Below are positions 11,174-20,200 of a stretch of DNA of 64,000 nucleotides, piece by piece (positions within the stretch are counted from its first letter, which is position 1; the number at the start of each line of letters is the position of its first letter). The stretch lies in the IMG/VR virus record IMGVR_UViG_3300046665_000548, positions 310,001 through 374,000 of that record. One strand, written 5' to 3'. A model generated the notes under the pieces. That model was not told the origin of the DNA. It did no database searches and saw only the letters and a program-made list of their open reading frames with translations. Made by a program: the position numbers and the translations under genes.

Positions 11174-11836
11174 TTAAGCAACCTTTGCTTTCTGTCGCTT
11201 CTCGTAGCGTTGCTTTGTCTCGGAATGCTGCTTCTCGGCCTTCGCCATCTCGCGGATGGTTGCGGCCACATCGCTCTCAGCCATATCCGCGAGCGGAAAG
11301 GTCTTTCGAAGAACGATTGCGCCATACTTTTCAGAATCTTCCGACGCTTCCGAAGACCAGTATCGGCCGGGGTTCTTGAATTTTTGGCCTGCGAGATTGA
11401 AGCCGATATAGAACTCCATCGTCTCGTCATCGAGATTGACGATGTAGGCGTATTCGCAGAACAGGCTGTCTTTCAGGAAACCGTTCGATGGACTGTAATA
11501 GCGAGCCTCAAGCATCTTCAACGGATCGCCCTGCGTGCCGCGAAGCAGACAGTACCAGTCGTCGGTACTCTGATTGCCCACGCTGAGATCGACCATGCCA
11601 GCGAGCTTTAAGAACGTCTTGGCGGTGTCATCCGGCTTCTTGTCGGTATCGACCGGGATCAGATGCTGAACCTCCGACCGCATTTTCTGTATGAAATCCG
11701 CGCCATTATTGGCCCGGTATGTTCGGACGAACTCGACCATGGTGACGCCAAGGCTGTCCGGGTACGAGTCGTAGTGGTTGTATGTAACATGATCTGTGCC
11801 ATCGACACGAAAACCCATTGCACCTCGTGTACCCAT
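11174..11836 (-). CDS. Hypothetical protein (early)
   Basis: MGTRG...YNHYDSYP..LG...EYAYIVNLD; GGAGA RBS; early-type promoter upstream. Confidence 0.75.
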   Translation of the reverse strand: MGTRGAMGFRVDGTDHVTYNHYDSYPDSLGVTMVEFVRTYRANNGADFIQKMRSEVQHLIPVDTDKKPDDTAKTFLKLAGMVDLSVGNQSTDDWYCLLRGTQGDPLKMLEARYYSPSNGFLKDSLFCEYAYIVNLDDETMEFYIGFNLAGQKFKNPGRYWSSEASEDSEKYGAIVLRKTFPLADMAESDVAATIREMAKAEKQHSETKQRYEKRQKAKVA

Positions 11837-11871
11837 GATCGTCTCCAATGTAACCTGAATTGCGGGGCACC

Positions 11872-11899
11872 AACTTACCAGATTTTATCCGAACGTCAA
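11872..11899 (-). promoter_or_regulatory. Sigma70-like early promoter
   Basis: TTGACG-N16 (ending TGG)-TAAGTT; same geometry as four other copies. Confidence 0.6.
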
Positions 11900-11921
11900 G
11901 CCATCTTGTGGTAAATACAAG

Positions 11922-12389
11922 ATGAAATTATCCGACATCGCCCCACTTAACGAATTATTTCAGACCCCGGTACCTTACCGATGGGTAGAAAAATCTGAAA
12001 GAAATTGGGAGGGCACGTTCGACGTTAACGGCCTGACGTTCGATTTGTTCTTTTCTTATCAATACAGCTTGAGCCAGAAGGGGAAGCGCGTTTTCACGTT
12101 CGACTTTGTGCAGGATGACGACATGCACAATACGGGTCGGGCTGGTAATTCGTCCGTTAGAGTATTCGCGACCGTCGTCGTTATGTTGGCAGAATTCCTC
12201 TCAAAAATTAAACCGACCGAGGTCATCTTGCATGGCAAGAATGGCGAGAAGGACAGTCTCTATTCGAAAATGGCCAGGGCTCTAAGGGGCACTGCTCAAA
12301 AACTCGGTTATGAGGTCAGCCTGACCTCTGACGCGAGCGAATACAAGACCTTTCACATCCGTCAGATGAAGACCGCTTCTCCAATATAA
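11922..12389 (+). CDS. Hypothetical late protein, putative internal head protein
   Basis: TAAATA 4 nt before the ATG; leader MKLSDIAPLNE. Confidence 0.7.
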   Translation: MKLSDIAPLNELFQTPVPYRWVEKSERNWEGTFDVNGLTFDLFFSYQYSLSQKGKRVFTFDFVQDDDMHNTGRAGNSSVRVFATVVVMLAEFLSKIKPTEVILHGKNGEKDSLYSKMARALRGTAQKLGYEVSLTSDASEYKTFHIRQMKTASPI

Positions 12390-12423
12390 ATACCACCATA
12401 ATTGCTTACGGAGAAGCTTACTC

Positions 12424-12891
12424 ATGCCGGTTAATCACGAGGTTCATATTGCGAACAATGGTGCTCTGCCGCCAGCAACATGGGCGCGCATCACTACAAA
12501 TCGCATCGCTGGCCTGATCGAGATCGGTGAAAACCCCCAGGCGATGATCCAGAAGGCTGTGTTTGAAGCGACGATCCTGGGTATCACGCTGAACCATCAC
12601 ACGGCAGTACAGAGCAGCGAACGCCAGAAGCTACAGGATATTGGCTTTGATCGCCTGATCGAACCATTTGAGCCTTTCGATGAAATCGAGGCTGCTTTGG
12701 TAGAGGTTGTTGCCGCAACTGTAGGAACCCTATTCGAAGCACATTTTGCTAACCCAGAAGTGCAAGATGTAGTTCGCGTTATGCTTGGTTCTGACTTTGC
12801 CACGCAGATGGACATCGAGCGTGGTTGGTATGCCTCCTCCGACAGGTCTAACCCGATAGCTGCTGAATACTTCGCCCGTAAGGGTCAGTGA
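12424..12891 (+). CDS. Hypothetical late protein
   Basis: TATAAATA at 12385-12392 and GGAG RBS. Confidence 0.7.
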   Translation: MPVNHEVHIANNGALPPATWARITTNRIAGLIEIGENPQAMIQKAVFEATILGITLNHHTAVQSSERQKLQDIGFDRLIEPFEPFDEIEAALVEVVAATVGTLFEAHFANPEVQDVVRVMLGSDFATQMDIERGWYASSDRSNPIAAEYFARKGQ

Positions 12892-12933
12892 ACATAAATA
12901 CCAGCAAATAACTCTCTCGGAGGAAACCTTTAG

Positions 12934-13608
12934 ATGGCCACTACAACTGCTATGTGCTCATCGTTCAAGCAGGAGCTTCTACAGGCCGCTCATTGCTTCA
13001 ACGCTGACGTAACTCTCGCTTCTGCTTCCGGCACCTCTGGTGCATTCGCTGTAACCGTTACTTCAACCGCTGGACTTGCTGTCGGGATGGTTTACGCGTC
13101 GGGCGGAGCAGGATTCGCTGCCGGTTCGGTGGTTTCGGAAATCACCAGTGCTACTACCTTTGTTGTCTCTAAGGCATTGACTGCTACTGCATCGGGTTCG
13201 CCAGTTTTCACTGCTGACGTGATCAAGATGGCACTCGTAAAGACCGGCAACGGCGGCACCTACGGCGCAGCCACAACCAACTACTCACAGCTTACGAGCG
13301 GTTCTGACGAAGTGACCGGTACCGGCTACTCGGCTGGTGGTACCACCCTCGCCAAGTCTACTCCGCAGCTTACGACCACGACTGCATGGCTGACGTTCTC
13401 TCCCGATCCGAACTGGACCTCTGCTACATTCTCGGCAAACGCCGCGCTAATCTACAACACTTCGAGCCGCCTTGGTGCAGCTTCCGGTATCTCCGGTCGC
13501 GCTGTTTCGGTTCATGATTTCGGTGGCACTCAGAACGTGTCGAACGGAACATTCACGGTTGTTATGCCGACCGCGAACTCCACGACCGCTATTCTTCGCA
13601 TCACCTGA
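12934..13608 (+). CDS. Small virion structural/fibre subunit (224 aa)
   Basis: AMCSSFKQELL...KMAL...EVTGTGYSAGG..L...ALIYN...V.DFGG...NGTFTV..P......AILRI; late promoter 12895, GGAGG RBS, terminator. Confidence 0.7.
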   Translation: MATTTAMCSSFKQELLQAAHCFNADVTLASASGTSGAFAVTVTSTAGLAVGMVYASGGAGFAAGSVVSEITSATTFVVSKALTATASGSPVFTADVIKMALVKTGNGGTYGAATTNYSQLTSGSDEVTGTGYSAGGTTLAKSTPQLTTTTAWLTFSPDPNWTSATFSANAALIYNTSSRLGAASGISGRAVSVHDFGGTQNVSNGTFTVVMPTANSTTAILRIT

Positions 13609-13635
13609 TCTACGTAAAAGTAAGATGGCAAAATC

Positions 13636-13666
13636 GGGTGGAGATTTAATCTCCGCCCTTTTTTTT
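13636..13666 (+). terminator. Rho-independent terminator
   Basis: GGGTGGAGAT-TTA-ATCTCCGCCC followed by T8. Confidence 0.8.
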
Positions 13667-13758
13667 GTGAGTATTCGTGGCTCACGTGATCATACCAAAC
13701 CCGGTGTTACTACCAAAACTTGAAGCATAAATAGGTATAAACCGGGAGAATTTAAGAA

Positions 13759-14187
13759 ATGTCCAAGGGTGATACCTTCGAAAATGATCTGCTTAAGCTG
13801 ATCTTCAACGCTACTGCTATCGCTAATATGGCCGATAACGCAGCAACGTCTCCTCTGACGAATCTTTATGTTGCCCTTCACACCGCTGACCCAGGTGAAT
13901 CAGGAACCCAGTCAACCTCAGAAGCCGCATATACCTCGTACGCACGTGTTGCTGTTGCCCGCACGACCGGTGGTTGGACAGTTACCTCTAACTCGGTTTC
14001 ACCAGCAGCAAATATCGATTTTCCGGCGTGTACCGGTGGTACCTCGACCGTGACCTTCTTCTCAGTTGGTATTGCTTCCTCAGGTGCAACCAAAATTCTC
14101 TACTCTGGCGCGGTATCCCCGTCCATCTCAGTTTCGACCGGCGTGACTCCTCGTTTGACCACAGCGACTGCGATTACAGAAGACTAA
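13759..14187 (+). CDS. Small virion structural/fibre subunit (142 aa)
   Basis: FENDLLKLIFN...LYVALHTADPGE.G.....E..YTSYARVAV.R family of phage fibre proteins; late promoter 13728. Confidence 0.7.
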   Translation: MSKGDTFENDLLKLIFNATAIANMADNAATSPLTNLYVALHTADPGESGTQSTSEAAYTSYARVAVARTTGGWTVTSNSVSPAANIDFPACTGGTSTVTFFSVGIASSGATKILYSGAVSPSISVSTGVTPRLTTATAITED

Positions 14188-14215
14188 TCGTGACATCTAC
14201 CAAGTAGATATGCGG

Positions 14216-14245
14216 AAGCCGCTTTAAAATGGCGGCTTTTGTTTT
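14216..14245 (+). terminator. Terminator between small subunit gene and giant fibre gene
   Basis: AAGCCGC...GCGGCTT followed by TTGTTTT. Confidence 0.6.
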
Positions 14246-14260
14246 AGGAGCCACTCGCTC

Positions 14261-17200
14261 GTGACTACATTTGATTCCACCAGGAAAGACTCGGGCATAA
14301 CGCTGTCGAACGGTGATCTCACCGCGTCTAGCGTTACAGATGCTCCTTTGTATGTATTTGGAACAACTGGCAAGAGCACTGGAAAATTCAGCTTCACGGT
14401 ATCTACTCCTAACGGTTTTGATAACAATACATTCAGATTGTATCTTAGTAACCTTCCTTCATCCGGGGCTGCTCCAGCAGCCGGATATCTTGAAATCTAT
14501 CGTTCGGGTTCTGTCTGGGTCATAAACGACACCAATGGTACTAACAATAATTTCGGTGGAAACGCTCCATCATCCAATCCAGACATTCTAACAGTTCACG
14601 TCGATATTACTGCTCGTAAGGTCTACTTCAGTCTTAACGGCGGAGCATATTTCAATAGTGCTGATCCAGTAGCTGGTACTGGAGGATTTTCGATTCCAGG
14701 TACTGGTGATATCTATCCAGCAGCGCGTTTGAGTGCTTCAATATCCGTTAACGTCACTATAAATTTTTTCCCAACGAGTCTTCCATCTGGGTTCAGTTCT
14801 TGGGATGCTCCCAGCATTCAATCAGCCGATGGCACTTCTTCTGGAACTGGTGCTGCCTCTGGTGTAGGCGTAGCTCTAACTGGGACTCGTTTCGATCCAC
14901 TCAAGACAGAAACTGGTCTAACTCTCTCTAATAATGACCTTACTGTTTCGGGAACGGGTGGTGCCGGAAACTACACTTGGAGTACCACTGCCAAAACTAC
15001 TGGAAAATATAGTTTTGAAATTACATCAAGTTATTTCTACACTTCTGATCTTGTCATTTATTTGGATCAGCAATCGGGAGCATCAGCGCAACCGGGTCAG
15101 TTTACTGATGCTGGTGTGCGACTCACTTATCTTGATCCTATCATTCCCGGTTGGGGATGGAACGCTCGTGACACATCTTCAACCAATTTTTTCGATACCT
15201 CGCATCCAATAACAAACGGTTCTACTAATACCGTTCGTGTTCACGTCGATTTTACCGCCAGAAAAATATATTACGAAGTAAACGGTTCGCTTCTATACGG
15301 TGCTGATCCGGTTGCTGGTACCGGTGGTATATCAATGACTACAGTGGGTACACATAAACTGTGTATGGCTGTTAGTATTCAAGCTCATCCATCATCTGCT
15401 ACCGTTAATTTTAATCCAACATCTCTTCCATCTGGTTATACGGGATGGGATTATGTTCACAATTATCAATCAGGTGTCGGCACTGCCGCAGGCGTAGGTA
15501 CGGCAACTGGCAACGGTACAGCAGTCATATTGAGTAGAAGCACTTTCGACTCAGTCAAGACAGATGCTGGTCTTGTTCTCTCAAATGGTAATCGTACCGT
15601 TGCTGGGCCAGGAAATCTTGGCTCTCTCTATACGTGGAGTACAACAAGTAAATCTACCGGCAAATATAGTTTTGCTTTTACATCGAACAATTTTTACAGT
15701 TCTGACGTTCGAATTTGGATAGATGCTCAAGTTGGAACGAACTTACCAAATCAAAATGCGAACGGTGGTGTACGTCTTATTTACATCGATCCTTCGGCTG
15801 GTGGTCAGGGCTGGGGTGTTGTTAGCACGGTTCCTGCGAACACTTACGATGGGTTACATGCCATTTCGGCTAACACGTCATATACTATTCGTGTTCATGC
15901 CGATTTCACGGCTGACCGAGTATATTTCGAATTAAATGGTTCATATCTTTTTGGCGGCGATCCAGTAGCAGGTACTGGTGGCATAGTCATGAGTCCGGCT
16001 GCCGTCCAAAAAATATGTATAATGGTAGACGCGGTTGGCCCAAATCCTACTGGTGGATCAATTGACTTTGCTCCAACATCACTCCCTTCTGGATTTACTG
16101 CATGGGATGAAACACTTGGCACATCTGCTGGTACGTCAACGGCATCCGCTGTTGGTGCCGTAGCACCGCGTGGTGATGCCGCTGGCACGTCAACCGTATC
16201 TGGAGTCGGCGTCGCCTATCGACCCACACTTAAATTCTCTGCTGCGAACTCAGCAACCGCAACGACCGTAAGTATTCCGACTCACGAAGTCGGTGACTTG
16301 ATCGTGATCTACGCGATGCGTGAGAACGCTACGCCGCCAACACTTGCATCTGGCTTCACGAGCATCACGACTAACACTACAACGTTATTTGGCAGCATCT
16401 TAGGCTATCGTATTGCCACGGCCACTAATACAACATCCGGTACATGGACGAACGCACAAGAACTTATAGTCCATGTCTACAAACCACGAACCGGTGGTGC
16501 TATTCGTATCGGCAGCAGCGTTGTTGCGGTCGGTACCAGCACAACCCTGTCATGGTCTGCATTGACTCCACAGCGCACCAATAGCACGTCGTGGATTGCT
16601 GCATTCGGCGGTCATCGTTCCATTAACACGACATTGGAATCGCCACCTACCGGAATGGTCCTGCGAAATAATCTGGTAGATTCGCTCGCAGAAGTAGCCA
16701 GCTTCGATACGAATGGTGCTGTCAATTCGTTTGCCCTGTCAACAAAGACACCGGGCGGTACTGCTTCTGGTTGGGGTACAATCGTTGTTGAAATTCAAGA
16801 CCTTGCACAAATCATGCAAGGCAGTGCTTCTGGCGCAGGTTCAGCAACAGCAGTAGGTAACGCTGTAGGCATCATAACTGGTGTAGGTAATGCAACTGGC
16901 AATTCTACTGTAACTGCTTCTCCTAATATCTCTCGTCGCGTAACCTCATTCCCTGGAACGAACCCTGCATCATTCAATGGAGTAGCAACCAATAGTGATG
17001 GTTCGATCATGTATGCTGCACCATACAATGATTGTATTCTAAAGTCAGTCAATTACGGCGTTACATGGACTCAGCTTGCCGGTACATCGAATTTTTGGCA
17101 GGGCGTTGCTACATCTCATAGTGGCCAAGTTGTTGCAGCAATGGTACCCGGTGGAAGCATCTGGGTATCAACCGATTATGGTGCATCATGGACTGAAGCA

Positions 17201-20200
17201 ACATCTGCTGGCTCACATTACTGGCTTTCAATTGAAGTATCTGGCGATGGATCAACTATCATCGCTGGTGATGCTGATACAGGTGGCCGTGTATATGTAT
17301 CACACAACTCAGGTACGACGTTCACTGCTGTTGCAGGCTCGCATCCATGGCTTGGAGTTGCTTCATCATCTACCGGCTCTGTACTATATGCAGTCGGGGA
17401 TACGGGCAACTACGTTCAGAAATCGACAAATGGTGGTACGAGTTGGTCTTCACTGACAGCAGGACCAACCGGCTGGAATGGCGTCGATTGCTCTAGCGAC
17501 GGTCAGACAGTCGTTATCATCGGGTCAGGTAATGCGGCTAAGGTATCGACAAATGGCGGTACCTCGTGGGCTGATTGCCCAACTAGCGGTTCATTCAATA
17601 ACTGGAGCAACATCAGTGTATCCGACACTGGCCAATATATCGTACTTGCTGATAATACCGACTATATCTGGTTCTCTAGCAATTACGGTACTTCGTTTGT
17701 CAAGCAGAATCAGCCAGGATTCGGTCAACGTATTTGGATATCTGTGGACATCTCTTCAGATGGACAGTGGATCATTGCTGGCGAGTATGATGATGGTAGT
17801 GGCAAGGGCCAGATATATGTAATCAACTACTCTCGTCCCGTCTACGCATCTGGTTCTGGCACATCTAGCGGTATTGGCACAGCGGCTGCCGTTGGTAAAC
17901 CAATGTCGATTGGTCCGGCAGTTGTCTATGGCGCGACACTTGCCACCAACGATACGAACGTTAATATGTCGTTTCGCGTTGTTGCTACAGTTGTTGAAGC
18001 ATCAGATGGGCATCTTCGCATAACTTTTCAGTCTGGTTCAGGAGGTACCCTCGGTATTTCTCATGCCTCATTTGGCAAGTGGGATACTAATACTGGCTCA
18101 GCGGATACAACGGGAACACCTATCAAACTGACGTTTGGCGGGGCTGATACGTTCCAGATGAGCGGAACGGTTACCTCTGATTACGTCAATCACTCAGCAT
18201 CGTTCTCGCTCGTTCCTGGCGAAAAGATCGTCGTCATTTACGATACCACTTCATTTGGCGATGAACGCTATAGTGGTTCACTATCGGGTGTTGAAACGTG
18301 GTTCAAGGTTGGTACTTCATGGAGTACCCCGAACGTAACCGGATTCACAAAGCTTGCAGCGACCAACTATTCCGTTATAGCAATTGAATCAGTTAAGAGC
18401 TTTGAAATTCTACCATACGCTGGACCTACAGTTCGTTCAGTATCTAACACTGCGTATGTTAGTACGAGCAGCTTAGTTCTTAACAAGCCTACGGGAACCG
18501 TAGATGGCGATATTATGATCGCTCATACGTTTTCTGGCGTTGATTTCTATAACGACGGAACGTTCACTGCACCAGCAGGATGGACGTTGCTGACTGGTTT
18601 TCCGACAGCGGTAGACGTAAGTAACTTCTACGGTAAAATGTTTGTGTACTGGAAGCGAGCTTCTAGTGAAGGAAGCTCATACACCTTTACACAGAATAGA
18701 GACTTTTATACTCAGGGTGAAATCATCACGATCCAGGGCGCTGTTGCATCTGGTGATCCGATTGATGTTATCGGAATAGCTACAGGTCTTAGCCAGACAA
18801 GTGTCGTTAGCTCGGTCACCACTTCTGCTGATAACGAACTCGTATTGTATTTGTCGCACGACTGGGAAGGTAATGGAGCATTATCTCCTCCCGCTGGCTT
18901 TACTGAGATTTTAGACGGTCTTATCTATTCAGCATCTCGCCAACTTTCATACGCTTCAGCAACGGGTTCCGTAGCACAAGTTAACGGTAATCTCGGCGCA
19001 GGTGCTCCATTCGCCGCGTCTCTAATCGCGATTGAACCAGCCATCGCCAGTGTATCTGCTAACATCACCGTATCAGGCATCGTTGCCAACAGCGCGGTGG
19101 GCTCTCCGACACAAATCGGAATCAGTTATACCGCTGTCTCTGGAGTTACGGCTGGAACAGCGATTTCGGCACCGACAACGCAAGGCACGGCTAATAAGAG
19201 CATAACTGGCGTCTCTGCTGCCACACAAATTGGCACGGTTTCGACTATCGGCAGCGCTAACAAGGCACTGTCTGGTGTTTCGGCATCGAGCGCTGTCGGC
19301 GTTGCCACTGACAGGACGACAAGCAACGTAGCAGTTTCGGGCGTAGCAGGATCGTCTGTAATAAGCAGCGTGACTACTATTGGCCGCGCAGTTGTCTCTG
19401 CTTCTGGTGTGCAGGCATCAACGGCGGTCGGGATTGTCGCTAAAATTGGCAATGCAAACATCCTTGCGCCATCTACGACCGGTACGGGTCAGGTGGGAGG
19501 AACAGTTAATTCTGGCACGTCAAATGTAGCGCTGTCCGGAGTAAGCGCCGCATCGGCAATTGGCACGACAACAAACATTGGAAATGGAAACGTCCTTGCG
19601 ACCTCGGCGTCCGGCTCCGCTGATGTTGGAGTCGCTACCGGGGTTGGGACGACCACAGCTAGCATTGTAATTTCAGGAGTTTCTGGAACAGCAACTGCAA
19701 ACGCTGCTACAATTGGCTCAACGAACAACATTTCACTGTCGGGTGCTTCCGCAGCGACCTCCGTTGGAAGCACCACTGAGAGTGGTTCTAACAACGTCAA
19801 TATCTCCAGCACGACCGCATCAACCTTCGTCGGTTCTCCAAATGTGGGCGGGCAATCGGCTGCGGTAAGTGGGGGCGTTTCGGCGTCAACGTCATCTGGC
19901 ACGACATCCATCTCCAGCAGCGCTAATGTGCCTATTTCTGGGGCTAACGCGGCCGGTGCGGTTGGATCGCCTACGAAAATCGGATCGGCAAATGTTGCGA
20001 TTACATCAGTATCCGCCAGTGGTCAGGCCCAAACGCTTACCGGTATCGGTTCGGTTCAAATCGCCGCTACTGGTGTTCAAGGCGCAACAAGTAGTGGATC
20101 GCCAACTGTTTCGGGTGAAGCGTTTGTAGCGATTTCCGGTGCCTCGGCTAGCGTTGTTGCACAATCAAATACGGTAACGACGACTGCATCTGCGACGGTG

